A stretch of 64,000 nucleotides of DNA. Source: Dictyostelium discoideum (Eukaryota). Positions 45,133-56,641 of this stretch are shown here, piece after piece (positions within the stretch are counted from its first letter, which is position 1; every line of letters begins with the position of its first letter). Made by a program: the position numbers and the translations under genes. The notes under the pieces were generated by a model. That model made no database searches, was not told where the DNA came from, and was given only the letters and a program-made list of their open reading frames with translations. The DNA lies in NCBI GenBank assembly GCA_000004695.1, contig CM000151.3:4704001-4768000 (forward strand). Direction: 5' to 3'.

Positions 45133-48100
45133 ATGGAATATAATGAAATATTATTTTGGAAAGTATTTCATAATAAATTTATATTTAATATTATAATTGA
45201 ACAAATTTCAAATGATCAATTAGAGTATGAACGTATTGAATTATATAAAATTGGTAATAGAATTAAATTTAAAGATATTCAATCATTGAAATTAATTGTA
45301 TCAAAAAAACAATTTGAATTATTAAAATGTAAATTAGAACATAATGATTTCATTTTATATAATAGAGAATCAATTGATCAATTAATACATTATGCACCAA
45401 TTGAAATAATAAAATTATTCATAGAGAAATATAAAATCAAACAACAAGATCCGCAATTAGATAAATTGAATGTAATGATTGATTTAGTACTCCATAGTAT
45501 AAAAAATAATAATTTAGAATGTTTAAGATATTTTTTAATTGAATTACAATTACCAGTTGAAAGAACTGCATTTGAATATACCTTAAAAGAGAAATCAATT
45601 GAATTCATTGATTTAATATTAAACTCGAATCAATTTAAATTGGAAGAATCTACAAGGAAATTCTGTTTAAAATTAATATCAAACAATTCAAGAAATTTCA
45701 ATGACCTAATTGAATATGTAATTTATAAAAGACCAGAATTAAATTATTTTACAACTAAATCAATAGTTGAAAATTTTAATCAACAAAAATTATCAAAATA
45801 TCCAGGTTATTTAAATACTCCACAAATTTTAGATTTTTTTTTATTTTATAAAATCAAATCAAAAGAAACAAAATTAAAATTATTAGAAATGGGTTGTGTT
45901 TCAACGGTTAAACCAGAATTTATATATTCAAATAAATTAAAACCAACCAATTGGAAAGATTATGATGAAGTTGAATTTTACCTTTTTATAATTTTAAAAC
46001 TTGGTGAACTTGAGAAATGTATAGCAAAAGATACAACTTTAGCAATTATTAGGAATGAATTTGAAGGGATTAAAGATTGTTCAAATTTAAAAACACAGGA
46101 TAAATGTAAAAAGTTACATGAATTAATAATAATTAAATTATTTCCTTATTTCTCATCACATATTTATAGAGATTATTTTGAACTTTATGATCAACCTATA
46201 CCAAATTCAGATTTTCTTTTCACTTTTCAAATTACATTTTCAACATTTAGTGTAAATGGGTTAAATTATTTATTAGATTTAAAAAAAAAAAAAAAATCAA
46301 TTCAAACCACAACAACAACAACAACAATTTATATTAATGAAATTACAAAAAAAATAGATACAAATAATGAAAAAGAAGTTTTAGAATTTTTAAAAATATA
46401 TTTTAAATCAAAACATTTACTACCAGAACTTAATAAAGTTTCAATTGATAATATGTTTTTACATGTATTAAATCATTGTTCAATTGAAACTTTAAATGAA
46501 ATTTTAAAATTAAAACCATCATCACAAGATGATATAATTAAAGGATTTTTAAGTGGTTTTTTACCAGATAATAATTTTCAATCATCAAGAGAAAAAGCAG
46601 ATGAATTTATTAAAACAATTCATATTAATAAAGATAATGATCGTTTTATTTGGTTCTCTGAGAAATTAGTAAAGAAATTATCATCAACTGCAGAAAGAAA
46701 TTTTATTAATTATAAATGTTTAAATTATTTGAATATTTCAACGAAAAATCATGTAGACTTTTTAATTGAAAATAAACCAGAAACTGTAATAATTCCATTA
46801 GTTAAAAAATATTTTGAAATTGAAAGTTTAGAATTAATAAATTATTTTGAAAAGAAATTAAATCAATCGAAACCATCAGCAAATCATTATTATTATCTTT
46901 ATTTTAAATCATTATTTAATGGTGATTTTAAAACTTTTCAAGAAATTGATGATATTAAAAATTTAAAATTGGAATTCCAATCAGCTGATTTCAAATCAAT
47001 TAAAATTAATGACCCATTGTTGATTGATAAAGTCATTGAAAATATTAATAAAAGTAATCTTAAAAGTTTAACAAGTGATTCAAAAATTAAACTTTTTAAA
47101 TTCCTATTAAAACAAAATGATGAAAAATTACAATCAAAAGTAATTGGAAGCCTACAGTTTAATTTATTCCCATTAGAATCAATGTTAGTTTTATTAGATA
47201 ATATATTGGATGTAAACATTGAAGCTTCAAATGCAATCATTAATAATTTAGTAATCAATGGTGAATTTGAATTATCATTATTGGTTTTAGCTGTAAATCA
47301 ATTTGAAAAGAGTAGATTATTTATAATTTATAAATCTTTGGATGGTAAACTAATTAAAAATGGATATAATGCAAAAGATAAATTAATACCATTTATTAAA
47401 TCGTTATTTAATAAATTGGAAGCAAATTTAAATGATGACTTTCCATCACTTTCAGATAGTCAAGAAATTCAATTCATCTTCTCTTATCTTTACAAATTAT
47501 TAATACAATGCGATGATATAACATTAGACTTAATAAATAGTGTACGTCAATTTTATTTAAGCAATGATTTAATCATTACCGATGATTTGTTTAGTTTATC
47601 TTGTTATCTTTCATTAAGATCTTATCAATTCATTAAATATTTATCTGCTATGAAAATAAGATTAAATAATGGTATTTTCTTTTTAAATGGTGTTTGGAAT
47701 TTTGAATTCGATAGTTCTGATCAAAATTATACACTAGACTTCAATTTAATGTTAAAAGAAAATAAAGTACCCATTGATAAAGATTTCTTTGATGTAATTT
47801 ATCAAACAACCAAATCTAAAGATAACAACTTTGATTTCTTTAAGAAAATTGTATTCCACAAATTAAGAAATTTAATGATTGAATTTCAAAGATTGCCTCG
47901 CCCACTTCCAATTGCTGTTGAAGTTAATTTGTTTATAGAGTTAAATAGAGCAGATCTGGTATTGGAATTAGCAGAGATAGAAGTTTCACTAAATAAACCA
48001 TTCCCAATTGAAACCGTTGGTGGTTTTATGAACATTGCTACATTGGATCAACTTAAACAATTAATTTCATTAATAGGACAAACTGAATCAAAACGTATTA

Positions 48101-48672
48101 AATATCTATTTTTAAAGAATTCCATTATTTCCCGTAAATTTGATTTCATTGATTACTTTTTGAAAGAATCAATTTTATTCATTGAAGAATTGACAAAAGG
48201 TTCATTAGATAGCAATGAATTTAAATTTTTCAAAGAGATCTTAGCTTCAAATGATATTGAATTGGTTGAATATTTATTAAAAAATTATAGAGGTCAAGAT
48301 TTTCAGACAATCGCCACCACCACTACCTCGATTACCACCACTACTACCAATCCTCAATCTGTTGTTATAACAGGATTAATTGATTTATTTAAAGACTTTC
48401 AATATTCTCAAAATTTATATCATAATAATTTTCAAGTTACAATGGATAATGGTTTAATCGATATGTTTAATCTCTTATCTCGACATTTTCTATTCGTTCC
48501 AAAAAAAGATAATATCCTTCACACAATTAGACAAGGAAGATTTAAATTGGTTGATTATTTATATAAAAATGATTATTTCGAACATCTTGGTGAAGAAACT
48601 ATAACCTCTATTAATGATTTTGTAAAAGATCAATATCCATATGATTATTTTTCTTTAAAAAAAAACAAATAA
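45133..48672 (+). CDS. Hypothetical protein, 1179 aa, K/N/L/F-rich; its N-terminal ILFWKVFHNKFIFNIIIEQI motif is shared with the next gene.
   Basis: ATG in A-rich context; single continuous ORF with Dictyostelium codon usage and no recognisable catalytic motifs. Confidence 0.6.
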   Translation: MEYNEILFWKVFHNKFIFNIIIEQISNDQLEYERIELYKIGNRIKFKDIQSLKLIVSKKQFELLKCKLEHNDFILYNRESIDQLIHYAPIEIIKLFIEKYKIKQQDPQLDKLNVMIDLVLHSIKNNNLECLRYFLIELQLPVERTAFEYTLKEKSIEFIDLILNSNQFKLEESTRKFCLKLISNNSRNFNDLIEYVIYKRPELNYFTTKSIVENFNQQKLSKYPGYLNTPQILDFFLFYKIKSKETKLKLLEMGCVSTVKPEFIYSNKLKPTNWKDYDEVEFYLFIILKLGELEKCIAKDTTLAIIRNEFEGIKDCSNLKTQDKCKKLHELIIIKLFPYFSSHIYRDYFELYDQPIPNSDFLFTFQITFSTFSVNGLNYLLDLKKKKKSIQTTTTTTTIYINEITKKIDTNNEKEVLEFLKIYFKSKHLLPELNKVSIDNMFLHVLNHCSIETLNEILKLKPSSQDDIIKGFLSGFLPDNNFQSSREKADEFIKTIHINKDNDRFIWFSEKLVKKLSSTAERNFINYKCLNYLNISTKNHVDFLIENKPETVIIPLVKKYFEIESLELINYFEKKLNQSKPSANHYYYLYFKSLFNGDFKTFQEIDDIKNLKLEFQSADFKSIKINDPLLIDKVIENINKSNLKSLTSDSKIKLFKFLLKQNDEKLQSKVIGSLQFNLFPLESMLVLLDNILDVNIEASNAIINNLVINGEFELSLLVLAVNQFEKSRLFIIYKSLDGKLIKNGYNAKDKLIPFIKSLFNKLEANLNDDFPSLSDSQEIQFIFSYLYKLLIQCDDITLDLINSVRQFYLSNDLIITDDLFSLSCYLSLRSYQFIKYLSAMKIRLNNGIFFLNGVWNFEFDSSDQNYTLDFNLMLKENKVPIDKDFFDVIYQTTKSKDNNFDFFKKIVFHKLRNLMIEFQRLPRPLPIAVEVNLFIELNRADLVLELAEIEVSLNKPFPIETVGGFMNIATLDQLKQLISLIGQTESKRIKYLFLKNSIISRKFDFIDYFLKESILFIEELTKGSLDSNEFKFFKEILASNDIELVEYLLKNYRGQDFQTIATTTTSITTTTTNPQSVVITGLIDLFKDFQYSQNLYHNNFQVTMDNGLIDMFNLLSRHFLFVPKKDNILHTIRQGRFKLVDYLYKNDYFEHLGEETITSINDFVKDQYPYDYFSLKKNK

Positions 48673-49350
48673 AAAACTGTTTAAAAAAAAAAAAAATTTT
48701 TTGCTTTTGTTTTTTGTTATTATTCGAAATTATCTGATGAAAATTGTCCAAGTAATTACTTTGGATTTTCAATATCTCATATGAATGTATCTTGATTTGA
48801 CTAGTAATAACAATAATAGTAATATTTGAGTTAATAAATTGAAAAATAATCAAAAATAAGGTTATCATTAGTTTGATGTGGCAATAATTATTATTATTTT
48901 TTTAAATTAAATTGTTAAACATATTTAAAAAAAAAATAGTTGAACTCATTTTAATACAAATATTAATAAAAAAAAAAAAAAAAAAAAAAAAAAACAGGAT
49001 GGTTGTGTTTTAATTTTTTTTTAAATTAATTATTGTAAAATAAATAGTATTAAATTAATAAAATAAATTTATAAAATAAAAATAATTAAATTAATTAATT
49101 AAATAAATAAATTAAATAATATAAATCCTTCTAGAGTATACCACTTCCATTGCAAAACAATGAATTAAATTTCTTTATTTTCACTTTTTTTTATTAAAAA
49201 TATTATTTGCATTTATTAATGAATTGATTCTATTCCAATCAAATTAAAATTATACTTTTCAAATAAACTCTATAAACGATAGTAATATTTTTAATAAAAA
49301 AAGAAAAAAAAATTTATGTTGTTTTAATTTAATAAAGTTAGCAATAATTA

Positions 49351-49354
49351 AAAT

Positions 49355-49385
<31 letters not shown>

Positions 49386-49488
49386 TTTGTTTGTTTATTT
49401 ATTTATTTATTTATTTATGTAATCTGAAACCATGGTTGACCAGTAGTTGTAATGGTGATTGTGTTGTTGGATATGTTTGTTTGTTTGT

Positions 49489-49520
<32 letters not shown>

Positions 49521-49555
49521 GCTGTTGTTGTTGTTGTTGTTGTTGTTGTTCTTGT
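49351..49555. repeat. Compound microsatellite: (TTTA/TTTG)n followed by (GTT)n
   Basis: atttatttatttatttatttgtttgtttattt... then ttgttgttgttg... (~30 units), seen directly. Confidence 0.9.
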
Positions 49556-50212
49556 GTTCGTACACTGTAAAAAAAAAAAAAACTTCACACAAGACCCAAA
49601 GGTCTAAAAAAATGATTAATAGTTTGGGCCAGATCATATTATGTTGAAATTAAAGATATTTTTATCTTTTTTTTTTTTTTTTTTTTACAGTGTACGAAAT
49701 TGGTAGAAAAAAATCACTTTTTAAATTTCCCAAAAACCAAAAAAAAAAAAATAAAAAAAAAATAAAATAATTGATCAAGATATTTTTATCTTTTTTTTAT
49801 TTTTGTTATTATGATCAAAAATTAATTTTATTTTTTTCTTTTTTATTTTTTTTTAGTTTTTTGAGAAATTCGAGCAGTGGGAACGCTTTTCTATCTGTTG
49901 TCCTAAAACCCTAAGTTTCAAAGAATTTTGATTTTAATTTCCTTTTATTTTTTATTTTTCCAATATTAGAAACTTAATATTGGAAAAATAAAAAATAAAA
50001 AATAAAAAAATATTATATGCTCTGGTCAAATTTTTCAAAAAACTAAAAAAAAAACTAAAAAAAAAATAAAAAAAAAATAAAATCAATTTTTGGTCATACA
50101 AAATTAAAAATTAAAAACACTTTTTTTTTTTTTTTTTTTCGTTTCACAATTTCTTTTCTTTAAAAAAAAGGTAATAAAAATAAATAAAGAATTTAATATA
50201 TATTAATTAAAA

Positions 50213-50847
50213 ATGTCACTGATATTGGATATAAATAAAAATTCAACTGAAAATAAAAACAATCTTGAATCAACAGGAATATTATTTCAAAAAGTTTGGG
50301 AGAATGCAGTGATAAAAAATAAAATTTTATCATTTTTAAAAGTAAAGACAACAACATCTTTGTTATTACCAAATTTTAGAGGTAACAAGATTAAATTATC
50401 AGTAGAAGGATTTATGCCAAAAGATGATATGTCAAATAAAACACAAGTATTAAAAGAAAATAAATATTCCAAATTCGATGAAATGGTTAATGTATCCAAG
50501 ATGATCAGTTATGGCAATAAAGAATTATTAAAATACAAAGTATCAATAAATTATGAAGACTTACATTTCTCAAATAATGATATACATATCATACTTCAAA
50601 ATTTTAAAGATGAAAATTACGATTATCAATTCTATCAAGATCTTTTTAATAATTATCCATTTTATTTCACTTTAGACGAAACAAAAAAGAATAAACTATT
50701 AAATAAAATAATTGTAAACGATAATTTATTAGCATTAAAAGTTCTCATCAATCAACTCAACCCAATCATTACATACAATAAATTTATAATGGCAGTTATA
50801 AAAGGATCTATAGATATTGTAAATTATCTTTCAAATTCAACTACTAC

Positions 50848-50909
<62 letters not shown>

Positions 50910-51760
50910 TTAAATTAAATGAAGATGATATTATTAATGTATTCAATTTTATTTTTTTCGATGAAACTGAAGATATGGATTTTGATCCTGATTTAGAGGA
51001 GGAAGATTATTTTCCTCCTTTAGTGGAAACAAAATACCCAATAATGGATTATAGATTTTTTCCATTGGATAATATAGAGATTGTCTTTTTAAAATCGATA
51101 CGCGATAAAAAAAATATGATTCAATGTTTAATGAATTTAGGTGTAAAGCTTCCAACAAAGATTAAAGAACCAATTAAATATTTATTTGATTTATCCATGT
51201 GTGAAGATCTTTGTTTTTTCCCTAATATTACATTAAAATGGCTAATTGAAATATATGAATGTATTCATTATGTATCACCATTGGTTTCTAATGAATCATT
51301 ATCAGAGGCAAATAAAAAGCTTTCAGATTTATTATATTCAAAAGAAAAGTTTGAATCAATAAAGAAATTATTCAGTGAAATCGAATTAAATTCAACTTTA
51401 AACCGTTTAGATTCAAGAGAAGAAATCAAACAAATGTATAAAATACTCACAATGGTTTCTCATATTCATCCTATGGATTACCAAATTAGATATGAAGAAA
51501 TAAACAATGGATTCAAAAGTAATTTTAAACTTATTTTTAAATATAGTGACCCAACATATCAAAAATTATTTATTGAAAATTTTATTAGCTATATAGAAAA
51601 TAATGATTTTTGTGATGAAAGCTGTAATGAAACTTATTTCTTGGTCAATTCACTTATCGATAATGATAAAGTAGAATATTTAAAAATGGCTTTAAATTCA
51701 TTCGATTATTCAGATTCGTATTCGGATTCAGATGTTATTATCAATATTAAATCATTTTAA
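50213..51760 (+). CDS. Hypothetical protein, 515 aa, poly-Asn tract; N-terminal ILFQKVWENAVIKNKILSFL motif paralogous to the 45133 gene.
   Basis: ATG at 50213 (aaaaATGtca); ORF continuous to TAA at 51758. Its 3' end overlaps the next ORF in another frame. Confidence 0.55.
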
Positions 51761-52751
51761 AACTAAATATCCAGAAGATTATTATAGTCAATGTAGTAAA
51801 TTAGATTTCAAGGAAAATCAAAAACTATTTTCAAATGATTTCATTTGTAACAACTATCAAGATTTTAAAAAGAATATATTAAAATGTAATAAAGATAACC
51901 CATTAAATTTCTTTCCAGTTTCCAAAAATTTGAAATTAAATCAATTCGTTGCAATTTTAGAATCAACACCACCTCAACAAAAGTATTCATGTTTATTAAA
52001 TCCAGAAATTTTGGCATGGATCTATGAGAATAGAGAATGTGATTTAAAATCTGGTAGATGTATACAACCAAATTTTGTAACATTATTCAGATATTTATTT
52101 TACACCAACCAATTTTCAAAAGCATTAAATGATATTGATTATTTTAATAATCCTGGTGACCTTGATTATTTTAATTTTAAAAATAATCATAATGATGAAA
52201 AAATCCATTCTATTGAAGAAATAATAAAAGCCATGAAATCAAAAAAAGAATTCAAACAACAACAAATTGATGAATTTAATACAATTTTTAAAATAACACT
52301 ATTATTCATAATTCCAGGTTTAAAAAAACTTATAAAATCAATAATCAAATCTAATAATTTTAATTATTTAGAAATACTTTACAACTACATTAATAACACC
52401 AGTAAAGAAAAGAAATTTGAAAATCTATTGGAAGAATTAAAAGATTTAATATTTCAGTATATTAAAAAGTACAATAAAATCAGTTGTTTAAAATTTTTAT
52501 TGAAATTAGATCAAGATAATAAGTCATTCTTTTCTGAAGATTTGTTAATATTTTTTTACAAAGAAATAAATACAAATTATTCAATAAATCAAGAAATTTC
52601 AAATATTTTAAAAATTTATTTCAATTTTAACATTGAAGATAAAATAAAAGAAGAAGATGAAAAAGAAGAAGAAGAAGAAGAAGAAGAAAAAGAAGAAGAA
52701 GAAGAAGAAGAAGAAGAAGAAGAAGAAGAAGAAGAAGAAGAAGAAGAAGAA

Positions 52752-52783
<32 letters not shown>

Positions 52784-52814
52784 CGATGATGATGACGAGA
52801 TGAAGGAGGATTAA
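51732..52814 (+). CDS. Hypothetical protein, 360 aa, with a C-terminal poly-Glu/Asp tail. This may be the 3' part of the 50213 gene, separated from it by a frameshift.
   Basis: True ATG at 51732 inside ...tcagATGttatta.... (GAA)n at ~52650..52790 encodes ~50 Glu. The 29-bp overlap with the upstream ORF in a different frame suggests either a frameshift (a sequencing error or pseudogenisation) or two closely packed genes. Confidence 0.45.
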
Positions 52815-53027
52815 AAAGAGATGACAAAGTCTAAAAAGAAGATTAATTTTATTTAAAAAGTATTGTTTTTAACATCTCAGTGAATAAGCTATAACCTCAA
52901 TTAATCAATGTTCAATAATCCAGTTTCATTTTTAAAAAAATAAAAAAAATAAAATTAATATTAGTTCGAAATTATCTATATATGCCATATGGCAGATGAT
53001 ATTGTTGTGGTGAGTTTTCACATTAAA

Positions 53028-53030
<3 letters not shown>
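52790..53030. repeat. Direct repeat copy 1 (~230 bp, 3' end and 3' flank of the 51732 gene)
   Basis: gaaggaggattaaaaagagatgacaaagtctaaaaagaagattaa...aagctataacctcaattaatcaatgttcaataatccagtttc...ttaatattagttcgaaattatc...atgccatat. ~85% identical to 53455..53700. Confidence 0.8.
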
Positions 53031-53059
<29 letters not shown>

Positions 53060-53098
53060 TTTTAAAAACAATTTATTAAACCAAAACAATAAAAAAAC

Positions 53099-53309
53099 TA
53101 TTTATAAACAGTTATTTGATTGTTTTAAGATTAAATAACAATTTACTTTAATAAACCATATATTAAACAAATAATCACTTGTTGAGTTTGCAAATAAAAA
53201 AAACAAAAAATTGAAAAATTAAAAAAAAAAAAAAAAAAAAAAAAATAGACCAAACTTGAAAGTAAATTGTTATTTAATTTTTAAACAATCAAATAACTGT
53301 TTAAAAATA
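53099..53309. repeat. Long imperfect palindrome (arms ~54 bp, spacer ~100 bp) lying between the two direct repeats
   Basis: 53099 ctatttataaacagttatttgattgttttaagattaaataacaatttactttaa vs 53256 ttgaaagtaaattgttatttaatttttaaacaatcaaataactgtttaaaaatag (reverse-complement match with ~4 mismatches). Confidence 0.8.
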
Positions 53310-53454
53310 GTTTTTATCTTGGAAAAATGGTTTGTGATTGTTTTTGGATTTAATGCTTCAAAAAAAAAAATAATAAAAAAAAAACAATCAAAAAATGAAT
53401 ATGGGTAACTATGAAAAAAATATTTTGATAAAAAAAAAAAAAGAAAAAGAAATG

Positions 53455-53700
53455 GAGAAGGAGGATTAAAGAGAGATGACAAAGCCTACAAAGAAGATTA
53501 ATATAAGTTATTTAAAAAGTATTATTTTTTAACATATCAATGAATAAGCTATAACCTCAATTAATCAATGTTAAATAATCCAGTTTCTTTCTTTAAAAAA
53601 AATAAAAAAAATAAAAAAAATAAAATTAATATTAGTTCAAAATAATCATTGTATGCCATATATCTATGGTAGATAATATTATTCATAACTTTTTTTTTAA
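53455..53700. repeat. Direct repeat copy 2 (degenerate duplicate of the gene 3' end, including an ...EKEMEKED* pseudo-terminus)
   Basis: gagaaggaggattaaagagagatgacaaagcctacaaagaagattaa...aagctataacctcaattaatcaatgttaaataatccagtttc...ttaatattagttcaaaataatc...atgccatat. Confidence 0.8.
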
Positions 53701-53825
53701 ATTATCTATTTTAATTTTAGCAGATTCTTTTTCTTAAAAAAAAAAATAAATAAATAAAAATTAACATATGGATAAGTTTCTTTTTATAAAAAATAATAAC
53801 AAATTATTATTTATTTTTTTATTTT

Positions 53826-56145
53826 TTAATTTTCATTTTCATCTTCATCAGAAAAATCAACATAATCATCTAAAAATCCTGGTGCTGGTTGTTGAGTACC
53901 TTGAGTAGCTGCTAATTGTCGTTCTCTTTGAATGGATGGATCATTCCATGGTAATAAAGAATGAAGGAAATTTAAAACTGGATTGGCAGGACCAGTGTAA
54001 TCTGGATTCTCTTGTAATAAAGGTTCTAAAGGTTGTTGTTGTTGATGTTGTAAGTTTTGTTGTTGTTGTTGTTGTAATTGTCTTAATTGTTGTTGGACTC
54101 TTCTTTGTTGTTGTTGATTTCTTTGATGAATTTGGAAACCTTGACCAATACCACCTCTTCTAAGATGTTGTGGTGGTGCTTGATTTGGATCACGTTGTGG
54201 TAGGATATCTCTGAAACCTTCAGCATGCATTGCTTCGATAATGTCTGGTGTTAATCTATTGATAACGTCAGAGTATTCTGATAGAACTAAATGATCGAAG
54301 ACCTCTTGATTCACAGTTTCATACTCTGCTTTGATTGAATCACTCAATTGTTTTACCATTGGATGTTTGGCGGCTACTTTATCTAATACAATGATAACAT
54401 TTGATTTTAACCAATCTAAAATTTCAGGAGTTTGCCAACATTGATAATTTCTCTCGACAAACAAAGTCACCAAATGATCGATACGTTTCTCCAATGGGTC
54501 ATCCTTAAAGAATGGATCATTTTCAAGTGTTATTATTTTACCATTCTTTGGAATTGAGAAATTAGTTTTCAATTTCTCCAACAATGGTTGAAGCACCATT
54601 GGGAATGATATTAAGGCCTTTTGTAAGAGTATATCACTTGATTCTTCAACACTTGATGATTTCGATGATGATGTTGATGTTGATGTTGATGTTGTTGTTG
54701 TTGATTTCTCTCTCTCCAAATGATACATTGCCAAAGCAGCAGAATAACAAAAGTTTGGTAACAATGATAGATCGCCTTGATTGGTTGGTGTGATAGTTTT
54801 TAACTTTGTGAATAAATCTACCAAGAATCTATACTGTTTGGATCTAATGGAGTAGTAATCGATGATTAAACGTACATACAATGGATCAGAGTAATCCCAA
54901 GTTAATAAAATTTTACAAAGTTCTAATGCGGTTCTATGACATGCCCTTCTACCAATGATTTGAATAAATCTAAAGATTGCCAAGAAACATGATTTATTTT
55001 GGTCATGTCTATATTCGAATCTACAATTACCATTGAGTGGATTAAAGAGATGATGGAATACATTCTCAAATGCAAATACTGCCATCTCTACGAAATCACC
55101 CGCTTTTGAATAATCTGCAGTTTGTAAACAAACTTGACCCAACTGTAATAATGAATCAATATGATATGGATGATATCTAATAATTTCAACTAAACTCATT
55201 GGGTCATGAGTTGTTAATGCTAAATAAAATTCTTCTTGAATATTTGAATATGTTTGACCCCATTTAATTTTAAAATAATTTATACCATCTAAAGATTGTT
55301 GTTGTGATTTTAATTTTGGTGATACTGTATTGGTTGTAGTAGTAGTTGTAGTTGTGGTTGTTGTTGCATTTGTTGGTGATGATGGTACTTTATCATCATT
55401 ACATATTTCCATTACCATAAATCCTCCCATGACATCAGGCCATTCAGGTTTTGGTTGAACAAATATATAGTTTTTCTTTTTAAAATGATGTACACTCTTT
55501 TTCTTTTGACCTTTAATATCTGAACTCTTACAACCAAATAATTTTTTCAATTCGTTATCTGGGTTTAAATTAACTGTATTAATTTTAAATAATTCTCTAA
55601 ATTCTTTATCTTTAATCTCAATTCTATATAATATTATTTATTTTGTTAAATACATAATAATATAAAATTAGTAAAATATTATTATTAAAAAAAAAGTAAA
55701 AAAAAAAAAAAAAAACATACTCTGATAATATTATTGGTGGCGATGATTTTTCAATCTCATTTAATTCAAGTTCATCTTTTTCTTGTTGTTGTTGTTTTTT
55801 CTTTTGTTGTTGTTTTTTCTTTGCTTGTTTTTTTTTGGATGCTTGTTGTTGTTGCTTTTGTTTTTGTTGTTTTGAAGATAATTGTTCTTTAGCTTGAGGT
55901 TTCTCTTTTTCAATTTCTTCTTCTTCTTCTTCTTCTTCTGATTCTTCTGATTCAGAATCTTTTTTATCTTCATTTTCATCTTGGTCACTTTTGTCGTCAT
56001 CTTCGTCTGATAAGTTTAACATTGAAAATTTTGGTTTTACACTATTAACAACAACAACAACTTTTTTTTCACTTCCCTCATCCGAACTACTATTTACATG
56101 TTGTACGTTAATATGTTGTTTCTTTTTTAATGCTTTTGTTGACAT
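53826..56145 (-). CDS. TCF25/Nulp1 family protein (Rqc1-like ribosome quality-control factor homologue); exons 56145..55721 and 55623..53826 (~740 aa).
   Basis: Exon 1 (MSTKALKKKQHINVQH...acidic/K-rich...) ends at an ATCAGA|GTATGT donor in phase 2. The acceptor TATATAG at 55624 gives ...LNPDNELKKLFGCKSS..., which matches LNPDTELKRYFGARAI of human TCF25 as recalled. The family signature HPYHIDSLLQLGQVCLQTADYSKAGDFVEMAVFAFE and the FLAIFRFIQIIGRRACHRTALELCKILL block are present. Confidence 0.8.
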
Positions 56146-56641
56146 TATTTGTATTTTTATTTATCTCTCTATCTCTTTCTCTCTATCTCTATGAATTTAT
56201 TTAAAAAAAAAAAAAAAAAAATGAAAAAAAAAAAATGAAAAAGAAAAAGAAAAAAAAAAAAAAAAAATGAAAAAAAAAAAAAAAAAAAGTACTCTTTTGA
56301 GAATTTGTTGTGAAATTAAAATTTGATTTATTTATTAAAATAGAAATAAGAAATCACCAAAAAAAATAATATCACTAAAAGATATTTTTTAAACAAAAAA
56401 ATTAAAAAATAATTTTTTTTTTTTTTTTTATTATTATTCACTGGAAAAATTTATTAATTTCCCCAATCTCTTATTTTTTGATTTAATCAATTTTTAATTG
56501 AAAAAATTTCTTAAAATGTGACAAAAACTATTAAAAAATAAGAAATTGATGAAATTTATTAATTTATAATAAAATTTATTAATTTCTTTTTTTTTTCCAG
56601 TGATATCAATATTAATAATATTAATTATCAATTATTATTTA

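Noticed and set aside
51700-51800. 40-nt intron (GTTATT...CCAG) that would fuse the 50213 and 51732 ORFs
   Set aside because: It is shorter than any Dictyostelium intron I am aware of and the acceptor context is poor. A frameshift or two separate genes is more plausible.
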